Shown here: positions 49,159-59,496 of the stretch, one piece after another
Layout: each line of letters starts with the position of its first letter
How positions within the stretch are numbered: position 1 is the first letter of the stretch
DNA from: Candidatus Poribacteria bacterium
Lineage (GTDB): Bacteria; Poribacteria; WGA-4E; PCPOR2b
DNA length: 64,000 bases
NCBI GenBank assembly: GCA_965116925.1
Contig: OZ220744.1
Coordinates: 2,912,001 to 2,976,000 of the forward strand
Direction of reading: 5' to 3'
Translations under genes and position numbers: made by a program
The notes under the pieces: model-generated
The model's input: the letters and a program-made list of their open reading frames with translations, nothing else
What the model was told of the DNA's origin: nothing
Databases searched by the model: none

Positions 49159-50523
49159 ATGTCAACCAATACAATCCTAGAAAAATACCAGAAAACTTTT
49201 TCAAAAAACAGAGAATTCGCTCAACAAGCTGACCATATTTTCCCCGATGGTGTGACGCACGATAACCGGCATACTGAACCATTTCCAATTTATATTAAGA
49301 GCGCACAGGGATCAAAAAAGTGGAGTATTGACGAGATTGAATTAATTGATTACTGGTCGGGACACGGAGCTTTGCTACTCGGTCACAGTCCACCTGAAAT
49401 TGTTGAAGCTGTCACGCAGCAAATGCCCCTCGGAACACATTATGGTGCCTGCCATACACTTGAGGTAGAGTGGGGTAGTCTCGTGAAGGAGCTGATTCCT
49501 TCTGCGGAACGGATACGATTCGTCAATTCCGGCACGGAAGCGACCCTAATGGCAATTCGGCTGTCACGGATGTATACGGGCAAAAACAAATTCCTGAAAT
49601 TTGCAGGACACTTTCACGGGTGGCACGATTCCGTTATTTTAGGCGTGAATCCACCGTTTGAGACGCCTGTGCCCGGCATTCCAGAAAGCATCATTGACAC
49701 AACGGTTATCTGCCCGCCTAACGATATTGGCGCGGTTGAAAAGCAGCTAAAATCCGATCCGGACATCGCTTGTGTTATTTTAGAACCGACAGGCGGTGCA
49801 TTCGGCACCATCCCGACAAATGGTGAGTTTCTCCAACAGTTACGGCAGCTTACGCAGGATTACGGCGTTATTCTAATCTTCGACGAAGTAATCTCCGGCT
49901 TTCGGGTCTCTCCGGGCGGTGCCCAGGGCTATTATAACATCACGCCTGACATGACAACGCTCGCTAAAATCTTGGCAGGTGGTCTGCCGGGTGGAGCGGT
50001 CGCTGGAAAAGAGGAGTTATTGGATCTCATCTCGATCAAAGCTTCAAAATCAAATTCACGCGGGCAAAGGATGCCACATCCCGGAACCTTTAACGCCAAT
50101 CCGCTGTCCGCTGCCGCTGGAATTGCAATGCTAAAACAGGTCAGGACAGCTATTCCACATGAAAAGGTCAACCGTAGTGCAAAAATGTTGCGGGAAGGAC
50201 TGGTTGATGTGATTGATCAACACCAACTCGATTGGGCGGTCTACGGCGAGTTTTCTGGGGTGAAGTTTCTCATCGGGCACGGCGTTGATGGGCTGCGTGC
50301 CGTCGATTTCGACCCTTACAATTGGGAGCCTCGCCAACTGAAAGGTGGTAGCAACCCGCAACTCACAATGAACCTGCGCTGTGGAATGTTGCTGAACGGG
50401 ATCGACATCGCTGGAAATGGCGGGATGACGACGGCAGCGCATAGCGACGAAGATATACAGCAGACTATCGCGGCGTTTGACCAGACAATTGGATGGATGA
50501 AAGCGGACGGGCTTTTGGACTAA
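49159..50523 (+). CDS. Class III aminotransferase (glutamate-1-semialdehyde aminomutase-like)
   Basis: NSGTEAT, FHGWHD, FDEVISGFR, TLAKILAGGLP, GTFNANP. Confidence 0.88.
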   Translation: MSTNTILEKYQKTFSKNREFAQQADHIFPDGVTHDNRHTEPFPIYIKSAQGSKKWSIDEIELIDYWSGHGALLLGHSPPEIVEAVTQQMPLGTHYGACHTLEVEWGSLVKELIPSAERIRFVNSGTEATLMAIRLSRMYTGKNKFLKFAGHFHGWHDSVILGVNPPFETPVPGIPESIIDTTVICPPNDIGAVEKQLKSDPDIACVILEPTGGAFGTIPTNGEFLQQLRQLTQDYGVILIFDEVISGFRVSPGGAQGYYNITPDMTTLAKILAGGLPGGAVAGKEELLDLISIKASKSNSRGQRMPHPGTFNANPLSAAAGIAMLKQVRTAIPHEKVNRSAKMLREGLVDVIDQHQLDWAVYGEFSGVKFLIGHGVDGLRAVDFDPYNWEPRQLKGGSNPQLTMNLRCGMLLNGIDIAGNGGMTTAAHSDEDIQQTIAAFDQTIGWMKADGLLD

Positions 50524-50654
50524 ATTAATGGTCTAACGGGGTATGCGAAGGGAAAATCTCCTAATCCTCCTGTTCCGCGCCATCTCCTTAGGCCCCATCC
50601 GCTCATCAAGCTACCTTGATTCAAGGGGGATTCTTTATGGCTATCCACCCTCTT

Positions 50655-52631
50655 TCAACTTCTACCAGCACGTTTATCCACAATCTGAGCACCCTTCTTC
50701 AAGGTAGCTAACCAATTTCTGTAAATATCAGTTTGTTTGGCCTGCAGCAACGTTCTACGAATCTTGGCACGCTCTGCTGAATCATTCTCGAACTTTTCCA
50801 TATCCGGTTCTTCGCGCTCAACCAACTGGATGATATAAGCACCGTTCTCCCCTTGGAGCGCACCTGACACCTCGTTTAGCTCCATCCTAAAAGCAGCAAA
50901 CATGGCATCCCGGCACGTCCCTAGCCCTGAAATGAACCCACTGTTCGGTAAGAGGGCAAACAGGTTACTCTCCTTAACTTCCCGTTCTTTATTGGTAACC
51001 TCTTCGGGTGCCTCATATCTTTTCACCAAATCTTCCAGCGATTCATCGGGAGTACGAAGTGCTATCAGCTTCTGGGCATCCTCTAGAGCAAGCTGCTTTG
51101 CCTTCTCCCCTTTGATATCATCAATCACTTGTGCTTTAGCTGTTTCAAATTCGGGGACTGTGGCGTGCTTCTTTTCAAGGACTTTCACTACAAAATAAGC
51201 ATCAATATCCCCATTTTGTTTCCTATTTGTACTGATCGCACTGATATTCACCTCCATGTCGAAGGCCTGATCAATTACATCTTGATACGTCCACTTCCAT
51301 CCGATTTCGGGGATGTTATTATCAGCCGCTGTAAAGAATCCTGTATCCTGAACTGTAAGCGATAGATCTTGGTATCGGTCCAGTTGGATGGCCTCTTGAT
51401 AATCAAGAATCTCCACATCAAACAGGAGATTTTCCGCAACTGCCTTCGCCTGTTCGGCACCTACAATCTGAATCAGCTTATCACTGATTTTGCTTCTTGC
51501 CTCAGCAAAAGGCTTAATTTCTTCCGGTCGCTTCTCTTCCAGTTTGATGATGTGATAGCCAAATCTGGATTCGACGAGATCGCTGACCTCACTGGGGGCT
51601 AACTCGTCAAATGCTGCCTTCTCAAAGGGTTGCACCATGTCGCCGCGCGCAAAATAGTCTCCCTCTGGCAGGTCTGGATTTCTCCCGCGCAAGGCGCCTC
51701 CCTGTGGAGCCGAACCGACATCCTCAGAATGTGTCTTTGCAAGTTCAGCAAAATCCTCGCCCTCGGCAATCGCAGCTTTGATCGTTTCCAGCAATTTCTC
51801 CGCTTCTACTTTAACCTCCGCCTTTTGCTCATCAGTTGCATTATCTGGAAACTTTTTCAAGATATGACGCGCTTTTACCGCTTCCGGTGTCTTAAACTCC
51901 TGCGGATTCTCATTATAATAGGCTTGCAGGTCCTCGCCCGAAATGAAGTTTTCCGGATCAAGTTTGATGAATCTTAGATTGACTGCCTCCCCTTTTTCAT
52001 ATTTCTCCTTGTGCGCTTCAAAATAGGCTTGTGCCTCGGCATCATCGACTTTAGCGGCACTACTGTATCCGAAATGCTGGAATTGAATGTACTTGAGTTT
52101 GGCTTTGGTGTTCTGGAGGCGATATTCATTTTCCACTTCTGAATCCGTGACCAGTTCTAGTCCTTGAATCTGATTCAGCAAAACCTGATTAACCAAGAGT
52201 GAACGAACATATTCACGGAAATCATCTCCACTGCCACTCTGCTGAATTGTATTATAGTTAGATAGTAGGTTGTCATCATTACGAATATACTGTTCGACCT
52301 CCGCATTACTAATCTGGACGCTGCCAAGCAGTACCTGACGACTAATGAGCAGATCAAGAATCTGCTGTTCAATCGCCTCACGTTCAATCTGAGAGCGGTT
52401 TTGGCTCTGTTGCTGTTGCCGGGCCATTTCACCGGAAACAAGGTTTTCAAATTCGCGTTGTTGTATCTTGACACCATTAATCTCAAAAGCGACTGGGTTG
52501 TCTCTACCTCCACCCAACGCACCGCCCCCACCGACAATGTCAAAGAGCAGGAACGAACCGATAATAAAAACAATGCCAACAACGATTAAGAAAAGCTGTG
52601 CAATAAATTTCTCCCGAAGAAAAACAATCAT
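50655..52631 (-). CDS. PpiD-like membrane-anchored peptidyl-prolyl isomerase (SurA N-terminal domain)
   Basis: N-terminal TM; VKARHIL, FAELAKTHSED, MVQPFE, SRFGYHIIK parvulin motifs. Confidence 0.85.
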   Translation of the reverse strand: MIVFLREKFIAQLFLIVVGIVFIIGSFLLFDIVGGGGALGGGRDNPVAFEINGVKIQQREFENLVSGEMARQQQQSQNRSQIEREAIEQQILDLLISRQVLLGSVQISNAEVEQYIRNDDNLLSNYNTIQQSGSGDDFREYVRSLLVNQVLLNQIQGLELVTDSEVENEYRLQNTKAKLKYIQFQHFGYSSAAKVDDAEAQAYFEAHKEKYEKGEAVNLRFIKLDPENFISGEDLQAYYNENPQEFKTPEAVKARHILKKFPDNATDEQKAEVKVEAEKLLETIKAAIAEGEDFAELAKTHSEDVGSAPQGGALRGRNPDLPEGDYFARGDMVQPFEKAAFDELAPSEVSDLVESRFGYHIIKLEEKRPEEIKPFAEARSKISDKLIQIVGAEQAKAVAENLLFDVEILDYQEAIQLDRYQDLSLTVQDTGFFTAADNNIPEIGWKWTYQDVIDQAFDMEVNISAISTNRKQNGDIDAYFVVKVLEKKHATVPEFETAKAQVIDDIKGEKAKQLALEDAQKLIALRTPDESLEDLVKRYEAPEEVTNKEREVKESNLFALLPNSGFISGLGTCRDAMFAAFRMELNEVSGALQGENGAYIIQLVEREEPDMEKFENDSAERAKIRRTLLQAKQTDIYRNWLATLKKGAQIVDKRAGRS

Positions 52632-52748
52632 GAAAATCTCTCCTGTGTATTATATATAGTCAATTCAACGTAACGGTTAGTATGATACTCGATCAATCTC
52701 AGTTTTGCAACTTGATTTTTTCTGAAGCTTATATCGTCTGTTTAACCT

Positions 52749-52795
52749 AAAAAGAAAAAGGGGTGGAAATGGCTATAGCACCATCCCTACCCCCT
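52749..52795 (-). terminator. Rho-independent terminator downstream of tRNA-Leu
   Basis: On the minus strand, GC-rich arms GGGGTAGGGATGG..CCATTTCCACCCC followed by TTTTTCTTTTT. Confidence 0.7.
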
Positions 52796-52815
52796 CATCC
52801 TCTCCAAATTTGTAA

Positions 52816-52899
52816 TGCCCCCGACTGGACTCGAACCAGCATGCCAGTTAAGGCACAGGCCCTCAACCTGCTGTGTATACCAAATTCCACCACAGGGGC
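52816..52899 (-). tRNA. tRNA-Leu(GAG)
   Basis: GCCCCTG acceptor stem, D-loop TGGTA, anticodon arm GCAGG-TTGAGGG-CCTGT, long variable arm, GGTTCGAGTCC; CCA not encoded. Confidence 0.95.
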
Positions 52900-52913
52900 A
52901 GTTAGGCAACCTA

Positions 52914-52943
52914 ATTATACCCATCGGAAAAGAAAAATGTCAA
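52914..52943 (-). promoter_or_regulatory. Sigma70 promoter of tRNA-Leu
   Basis: TTGACA-N18-TATAAT just upstream of the tRNA. Confidence 0.7.
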
Positions 52944-53515
52944 GCGAAATTTCTGTCTCGAATCAGTGCTTGGAAAACACGGTAGCCCACGATATCGTGG
53001 AGCCCGTGTGCAATCATCGGGATCAATAGCGATCCAGTCGCAACCATCAGAAGTCCGAACCAGATTCCTTCTAACATCGCCCAAAACCAAAAAAACAGAA
53101 ACTTCCGTCGTAACCAGTGGCAAGCGGCAAATAACACTCCTGTAATCACAACTCCAAGGACGCCGTTGTCTATAGCCACCAACAGTGTACCCCGAAAGAG
53201 CGGCTCCTCAGCAAGGGCTGCCATCAACCCACCAGTGATGTACTCGGGCCAACGCATCTTGCCCAAGACCACGCAACCATGATGATTAAATACTTCCAAA
53301 TATGTCTGTCCCAGCATTCGCTTAAAGATTTCATGCAGTGCACCGTCGAATACCAACGACAGGATTCCAGCCACCAAACCAATGCCGATCTGTGCACCCA
53401 GTGACCATGGACTCGTCATCAGATGTGTGAAAGCACCAAACCACCAACTGAGCAGTCCACCCACTCCCGTTGCTAGCAGGGCGATTTGCCATCGATGTTT
53501 TAGGTAGAAGAACAT
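52940..53515 (-). CDS. CPBP family intramembrane metalloprotease (CAAX protease/Abi)
   Basis: EEPLFRG, FAACH, HGLHD; multiple TM segments. Confidence 0.85.
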   Translation of the reverse strand: MFFYLKHRWQIALLATGVGGLLSWWFGAFTHLMTSPWSLGAQIGIGLVAGILSLVFDGALHEIFKRMLGQTYLEVFNHHGCVVLGKMRWPEYITGGLMAALAEEPLFRGTLLVAIDNGVLGVVITGVLFAACHWLRRKFLFFWFWAMLEGIWFGLLMVATGSLLIPMIAHGLHDIVGYRVFQALIRDRNFA

Positions 53516-53580
53516 GAGTATGTGCGGTTAATACCGGGTTCGGTAGAATGACATAAAGTCGAATCTGAAATATCATCGAC

Positions 53581-54705
53581 TTACGAACGGTGCGATCCCG
53601 GTAAAAATGTCTGACTGAATTGAGCAGCTTTTTCAACACGTTCCAGGATCGGCTGATACCCTGTCCCAGCTGACTGCGACGGCGTAAATGTGCAGTCATC
53701 GTTCAAGACCAACTCCGTTTCCGTCAAATCTTGGCGATAGAAGAAATTACTAGGAAAAAGATCGCCCGGATAGGTGAAGTTGTCCAATGTCGCTAGCTCG
53801 ACCAAGACACCGGCACCGATCCCGCTCTCTAACATACTACCCACCCAGCACGGGATGCCAGCATCGCGCGCCATATTGTGCAGCTTTACCGCGATGGAAA
53901 GTCCGCCGACACGTCCCGTTTTGAGGTTGAGAATCTGACAAGATTTCAGTTTCAACGCCCATTCAAAGGTATGCACCGATACAATTGACTCGTCCAGACA
54001 GACCGGTGTCGCAATTTGCCGCTGTAACTCCGCATGTTCTAATAGATCATAGTGGTACAAAGGCTGCTCAATCATCGCCAATCCTAGCTCATCAACCCGC
54101 TTGAAGAAATCGAGATCCTCCAACGTATATCCTGAGTTGCAATCAATGTGGAATGTTTGGTGCGGAAAAGCTGCACGGACCGCTCGCAACATCTCAAGAT
54201 CCCAACCCGGCCGCACTTTGAGTTTAACCCGCTTGAAACCATTATCAACGGCACCCTGAATCTTCTCCAACAGCATGTCAATGGAATCCTGCACACCGAA
54301 ATCGGCACCGGCATCCACCTTCCTAAAGCTGCCACCCAGCAACTGGTGCAGCGGCACCCCTTCCATATTGGCTTTGAGGACCCACCAAGCAACCTCTGGA
54401 CCGGCTTTGGCAAACGGATTTCCTTTGATCCACCTGTACGCAGCGAGTAATTCATCAGCCGTATCAAACGTTTTCCCAACCAACAGCGGCGCAATAAACT
54501 CGGTTATCGTGTGGTATGCCGACATCGTGGATTCGGGTGAGTAGGCAGGTGCCTTCAGCGGCGTGGTCTCGCCCCAACCTTCATATCCCTCTGATTCCAT
54601 TCGGACAAGGACCGAATCGACAGCGTAATCCTCGCCATAAGCCGTGCGCCAAGGATAAATCAGGGGTAGACTGACATAGTAAACGTCAATGCGATCGATC
54701 TGCAT
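53581..54705 (-). CDS. o-Succinylbenzoate synthase / N-acylamino acid racemase family enzyme
   Basis: KLKVRPGWD, DCNSGY, EQP, LDESI, NLKTGRVGG, WVGSMLESGIG, PGD. Confidence 0.8.
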   Translation of the reverse strand: MQIDRIDVYYVSLPLIYPWRTAYGEDYAVDSVLVRMESEGYEGWGETTPLKAPAYSPESTMSAYHTITEFIAPLLVGKTFDTADELLAAYRWIKGNPFAKAGPEVAWWVLKANMEGVPLHQLLGGSFRKVDAGADFGVQDSIDMLLEKIQGAVDNGFKRVKLKVRPGWDLEMLRAVRAAFPHQTFHIDCNSGYTLEDLDFFKRVDELGLAMIEQPLYHYDLLEHAELQRQIATPVCLDESIVSVHTFEWALKLKSCQILNLKTGRVGGLSIAVKLHNMARDAGIPCWVGSMLESGIGAGVLVELATLDNFTYPGDLFPSNFFYRQDLTETELVLNDDCTFTPSQSAGTGYQPILERVEKAAQFSQTFLPGSHRS

Positions 54706-54953
54706 GAGTAATTCCTCTCTATCGTGTACGTATATTTTGTTGTTGACGCCGATTAGAAAATGTCTATAATAGCAGGCTAACTGGTTAGATTCAGCCCTCT
54801 AGGGTGAGAAGCTGCAAAACTCACCCTAATTTTACCATATCAGAGGAAATCAAGGGAATAAAGAAATAGAGATAGAAACTTTATCAAACGCACGAAAAGT
54901 TATGATACAAAAGGGTCTAGACATTTTTACGCACTTACTTGAAAGGACAATTG

Positions 54954-56243
54954 ATGAAAATTGTAGACGTAGAACGTATAATCGTTGATGTGCCATTCAC
55001 CCCACGACAGCAAAAGATTACAGCGCGGGAAGTATACAACTGGGCGGTTCTAGAGTTGTGCAAAGTCACTACGGATACCGGACATGTGGGTTGGGGCGAA
55101 ACTGTAATTCACTACACTTGGGCGCGGGTAACAGACGATGCCGTCGAAAGGGTAAAAGGACAAAGCCCTGCAAAATTGATGAACGACGATTCCCTCGGAG
55201 CAGGCTTACAGATGGCGTTATTCGATGTAGTCGGCAAGGTATTAGACGTGCCGGCTTACGAGTTGATGGGGACGCAGGTGCGCGACTGGGTGCCCATCTC
55301 TTGGTGGTGTATCGACGCCTCCCCTGAAGATTGGGCAGCCGAGGCTGCGGACGCTGTGACAAAGGGTTACACCAGTATCAAACTCAAACCCCGTCCTTGG
55401 TGGGACATCGTTGCACAAGTCGATGCCATCGCTCAGGTCGTGCCACCGCACTTTAAGTTGGATCTCGACGCCAACGGTACTTGGCAAAATGCAGCTGCCG
55501 CGATTCCTATCATCAAAAAACTAGAGAAATACACCAATGTGGCGATGTTTGAGACACCTATCCCGCAGAACGACGTACTTGGGAATATGCAGATCCGTCA
55601 GGCGATTAATCGACCGATTGCCATGCACTTCGGATCGCCGCCCTATATCACCAATATCCGCGAAGGGGTCTGTGATGGATACGTTATCTGTACCGGGAAG
55701 TCTGGCGTCATACAACAAGGGATTTTAAGTGCTGAGGCACAGATGCCTTTCTGGCTGCAGTTAGTAGGCAATGGGCTAACCACGACGTGGGCTGCCCATC
55801 TAGGCTCGGTTTTAACCCACGCCACTTGGCCCGCAATTACCTGCATAAACCTCTACAGCCATCAGTTATTGAAAAAGGAGATCGAGGTTGTCGGTGGGTA
55901 TCACAAAGTGCCGGAGGGTCCGGGGTTAGGGGTTGAGGTTGACGAAGAAGCAGTTGAGAAATATCGCGTCCCAGAAGATACAATCAAAGAATTGAAACAA
56001 AGGGGTGAAACCTACGATCGCCCGAAACCACGTATCATCAACGCCATCGTATACCCAGATGGCAGCTGCATTCACATGGGTTTCAGCAGTCAGGGATACG
56101 GCTACTTCAATGCGGGACATGGACCTGCCTATGTAGAAGGCGTGCGTCTGGAAGCGCAGCCGGACGATGGATCCGAAGCGTGGCGGGATCTGTTTGAACG
56201 GGCGCAGCAACACCCCGTGCGAGGTCGCTGGGAGGAGGCATAA
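54954..56243 (+). CDS. Mandelate racemase/muconate lactonizing enzyme family protein
   Basis: GWGE, MALFDVVGK, KLK, DAN, VPEGPGLG; paralogue of 27360-28601. Confidence 0.85.
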   Translation: MKIVDVERIIVDVPFTPRQQKITAREVYNWAVLELCKVTTDTGHVGWGETVIHYTWARVTDDAVERVKGQSPAKLMNDDSLGAGLQMALFDVVGKVLDVPAYELMGTQVRDWVPISWWCIDASPEDWAAEAADAVTKGYTSIKLKPRPWWDIVAQVDAIAQVVPPHFKLDLDANGTWQNAAAAIPIIKKLEKYTNVAMFETPIPQNDVLGNMQIRQAINRPIAMHFGSPPYITNIREGVCDGYVICTGKSGVIQQGILSAEAQMPFWLQLVGNGLTTTWAAHLGSVLTHATWPAITCINLYSHQLLKKEIEVVGGYHKVPEGPGLGVEVDEEAVEKYRVPEDTIKELKQRGETYDRPKPRIINAIVYPDGSCIHMGFSSQGYGYFNAGHGPAYVEGVRLEAQPDDGSEAWRDLFERAQQHPVRGRWEEA

Positions 56244-56245
56244 AA

Positions 56246-56920
56246 ATGAGCTATGAAGTTGTTGAATCAAAGTTTGTCGCGACTGAAGAACAGGGCGAAG
56301 TTTCGTCGTTGCTGATTTGTCCCGACGGTGCACAGCGGCTGTTGGTACTGGGACATGGTGCTAGCACGAATATGCGGCACACAACCCTTCAGACCATCGC
56401 TGAACGCCTGGCGGACGTTGGCATCGCTACATTCCGGTACAACTTCCCTTATTCAGAACGGGGCGGTGGTCGAAATTCAAACGCTGTCTGTCAAGAGACT
56501 GTTCGTTCGGCAGTCGCAGCGGCACATACAGCGGCGAGCGATCTGTCAATTCTCGTCGGTGGGCACTCCTTCAGCGGACGCATGTCATCAATGGCTGCGG
56601 CGGAGGCACCGCTGGAGGGTGTGCGCGGCTTGGTGTTCTTCGCCTTTCCTCTGCATCCGTCTGGGAAACCTTCGACGGAACGCGCAGCGCATCTGAACGA
56701 TGTCACGATACCGATGCTCTTCCTGTCCGGCACACGCGATAAATTAGGGGAACTTGACCTGCTACAACCTACCTGCGATCAGATCGACAAAGCGACACTG
56801 CACCTTTTGGACACCGCCGACCACGGATTTAAGATCCTCAAACGCTCTCGCAACACCGACGAAGATGTATTCGTGGAGATGGCGCGGGTCATCAATGAAT
56901 GGGTGTCAGAATTGGATTAA
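56246..56920 (+). CDS. Alpha/beta hydrolase family protein
   Basis: GHGA, nucleophile GHSFSG, FPLHP, SGTRD, ADHGF. Confidence 0.85.
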   Translation: MSYEVVESKFVATEEQGEVSSLLICPDGAQRLLVLGHGASTNMRHTTLQTIAERLADVGIATFRYNFPYSERGGGRNSNAVCQETVRSAVAAAHTAASDLSILVGGHSFSGRMSSMAAAEAPLEGVRGLVFFAFPLHPSGKPSTERAAHLNDVTIPMLFLSGTRDKLGELDLLQPTCDQIDKATLHLLDTADHGFKILKRSRNTDEDVFVEMARVINEWVSELD

Positions 56921-56933
56921 GAGCAACTATCAC

Positions 56934-57755
56934 TTACCGTCCGTGAACTGCTCGCAAATCCAACCGTTGCTCAACATTGTCTGAAACCGCGTTAGTCCAC
57001 TCCACATCGTCGAGGCTTTGCAGACTCATCAGCGCAACATCAACGAGTGGATTGGAGAGGACATAATTCAGCAGAAAGCTGTCCAGATCAACCCCCTCCA
57101 TCTGGGCAGGGAAGTACCGCTGCATCAGATTTTGGAAGGCGTTGCTTGTCGTCGATCGCATCAACACAACCCCCATATCTTTGGCAACCGCCTCCGGTAT
57201 CGTCCCACGATTGCCAAAGATGTCGCAGGTGCTCTGGTACATGAGGTTGTAATGAACCTGAATCATGTCAAATTCACCGGACGCAATCATCCGCTCAACG
57301 CCCCCTGAGGGACCATCTGCCGAGAATCCGATGAAACGGATTTTCCCTTGGTCCCGCAATTTCTGATACGTTTCCAACCCACCTTGCTCTAAGATCTGGT
57401 CTGCATCCTCCCCCTGATGCCAGCCGCCGTGAAACTGTAAGACATCAATCACGTCTGTTTGCAATCGTGTCAGGCTTCCCTCCACATCGTCAAGAATACC
57501 CTGCGGATCAAAGGCTTCCGTTTTAGTTGCAAGAATAAGCCCATCTTTGCACCCCTGAATCGCTTTCCCTATAACGGTTTCGCTCAGACCGCTCCCGTAG
57601 GTCGGTGCCGTGTCAATATAGTTGAGCCCCATGTCGAAGGCACGGTGGAGCATCTGGATGAGGCTTTGTTCGTCCTGATCGGCGCGCACACGCCCACCCC
57701 CGTATCCGATCTCCGAAACGCGCAGCTGGGTGCGACCTAATGTTCGATACTGCAT
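56934..57755 (-). CDS. Aldo/keto reductase
   Basis: LGRTQLRVSEIG, IDTAPTYG, ATK, SLTRLQTDVID, GKIRFIG. Confidence 0.9.
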   Translation of the reverse strand: MQYRTLGRTQLRVSEIGYGGGRVRADQDEQSLIQMLHRAFDMGLNYIDTAPTYGSGLSETVIGKAIQGCKDGLILATKTEAFDPQGILDDVEGSLTRLQTDVIDVLQFHGGWHQGEDADQILEQGGLETYQKLRDQGKIRFIGFSADGPSGGVERMIASGEFDMIQVHYNLMYQSTCDIFGNRGTIPEAVAKDMGVVLMRSTTSNAFQNLMQRYFPAQMEGVDLDSFLLNYVLSNPLVDVALMSLQSLDDVEWTNAVSDNVEQRLDLRAVHGR

Positions 57756-57797
57756 GGTGAAATCCTTTCGCCCTTAGATACAGTTATGGTAATCCGA

Positions 57798-59459
57798 CTA
57801 AAAGTCAAACTCAATCTCCACCAATCGGTTCTCACGCGCGGCGGTCTCACAACCCTCAATACACTGAATAGTCCCCTTCGCCCACTCCGCTGTAATCAGT
57901 AAAGGTTGCCCGGAAAGCAGATGATCTGAGACGTTCTTATAATATGTTTGCCAGCCTCGGTTGGTCACCGTCGGGTAATCGGAAACCATTTTCCGCCCGT
58001 CCTCCATAATAGAGGTTACGGTGGTTTCGCCTTGGAAATTACCCACTACAATAGAACCGTGCGTGCCGAGTACAGTCCAGAGCGGTTTATCAGCTGCATG
58101 CAGATTAGACTGGATGAGCTGCGCTTCCAAGCCGCTGTCAAACCGCACATACGCCCGGCAGAAATCTTCAACCGAATTGGCTTGCCAATGCCGTTTGAGG
58201 AAATTACCGTACAACGTCGCACGTTTATTGATACGGTTCCCATTTCGGTCGTGTTGAGGGATTAATTGCAGGATCTTCTCGAACTGGTGCGCGCCCATAT
58301 CGTACAATAGCCCACCCGAAATCTCCTTATGATCCCGCCACATCTGTCCAGGCGCGCCGTAGCCGACCATGTTACACTCAATCGAGTACACATCTCCAAT
58401 GATACCTGATTCCACAGCATCGCAGAGGGTGAGAATATCCGGATCCCAGTGGCGATTATGATAAACCGAAAGCATAACGCCCTTTTCGCGTGCGAGCGCA
58501 ATCAACTCGTCCGCTTCGGAGACATGGACGACAAACGGTTTTTCGGTGATGGTGTGCAGCCCCGCCTCTAACATAGTCTTCGCAACCGGCGCGTGATAGA
58601 CATGCGGCACAATCACAATAGCCAGATCAATTTGACCACTTTCTGCCATCTCCTTTGCATCGGTGAACGTAGTAATTCCCTCACCTTGCTCCTCCTTCGC
58701 AGCGCGGAGGCGTTCGGGATCCCTATCGCAGACAGCCGCCAACTCAAATCCGTGGGTCTGTGCAATCATACCGGCGTGATGGCTGCCCATATTGAACAGC
58801 GGACCGTAGCCCACTAAGCCAATACGGATCGGCGGGTTATCCTTCAGGTTAGTTACATAGCGGAGTCCCTTGAGCAATTGGTCTTGAAAGTCCGTATTAC
58901 CAAAGGCACGGTTGTCGTGTCCAAGCGCGGTGTAAAACACCTTTCCCTCACCGTAGTCCCGCACATAACCGAGCGGATATTTTTGGAGTCGCCACGCACC
59001 GTGTTGAAAATAACGCAACGGCGCGTCCGTGCGAACCTTCATCTGATAACATTCATCTACGATCCGGAACTGCTTGTTGAGGCGTGGCAGAATATCGTCA
59101 ATCCCATCTTCGACTGTTACTTCAAAAGGTGCTAACGGGTCGTGTTCGATGAACTCCGTGCCGATCAGCTCAATGTAATCATCATACTGCCCAAGCCCGG
59201 CGTTGGCACCATGCACCGCAAGTAACCCACCGCCACCCCTGACATACCCGGTCAACCCACGCTCAACTTCAGGCGTAATTTCCCCGCCACCGATGTATAG
59301 CGTGACCGCATCAAACGCAGAGGGATCCGTCAATCGGTTGCGATCGTCGCTAATCTCCACTTCAAACTGCCCGGCAGCTTCAACCAACGGCTTGAACATT
59401 TCCGCAAATTCGCCAAAAGGGGGCTGCGGACCGTTAATGATCAATAAGACTTTCTTCAA
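57798..59459 (-). CDS. ThuA-like domain fused to Gfo/Idh/MocA oxidoreductase
   Basis: N-terminal GGGLLAVHG..YGEGKVFYTALGHD; then IGLVGYG, EKPF, YHNRHWD, YDMGAH; TTG start after GGAGGG. Confidence 0.85.
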   Translation of the reverse strand: MKKVLLIINGPQPPFGEFAEMFKPLVEAAGQFEVEISDDRNRLTDPSAFDAVTLYIGGGEITPEVERGLTGYVRGGGGLLAVHGANAGLGQYDDYIELIGTEFIEHDPLAPFEVTVEDGIDDILPRLNKQFRIVDECYQMKVRTDAPLRYFQHGAWRLQKYPLGYVRDYGEGKVFYTALGHDNRAFGNTDFQDQLLKGLRYVTNLKDNPPIRIGLVGYGPLFNMGSHHAGMIAQTHGFELAAVCDRDPERLRAAKEEQGEGITTFTDAKEMAESGQIDLAIVIVPHVYHAPVAKTMLEAGLHTITEKPFVVHVSEADELIALAREKGVMLSVYHNRHWDPDILTLCDAVESGIIGDVYSIECNMVGYGAPGQMWRDHKEISGGLLYDMGAHQFEKILQLIPQHDRNGNRINKRATLYGNFLKRHWQANSVEDFCRAYVRFDSGLEAQLIQSNLHAADKPLWTVLGTHGSIVVGNFQGETTVTSIMEDGRKMVSDYPTVTNRGWQTYYKNVSDHLLSGQPLLITAEWAKGTIQCIEGCETAARENRLVEIEFDF

Positions 59460-59496
59460 TTTGCCCTCCAAAAAAGACTACGACTACCAAGATTGG

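Noticed and set aside
49159..50523. hemL assignment
   Set aside because: It lacks the typical PGGVNSPVR N-terminal motif and has no hem gene context.
50545..50632. Degenerate copy of the C-run/G-run hairpin element
   Set aside because: Similarity is too weak to support by eye.
52816..53515. tRNA-anchored genomic island
   Set aside because: No integrase and no duplicated tRNA 3' end seen in the window.
53581..54705. menC and a classical menaquinone pathway
   Set aside because: No other men genes are nearby; the OSBS/NAAAR subfamily is promiscuous, so the gene symbol is withheld.
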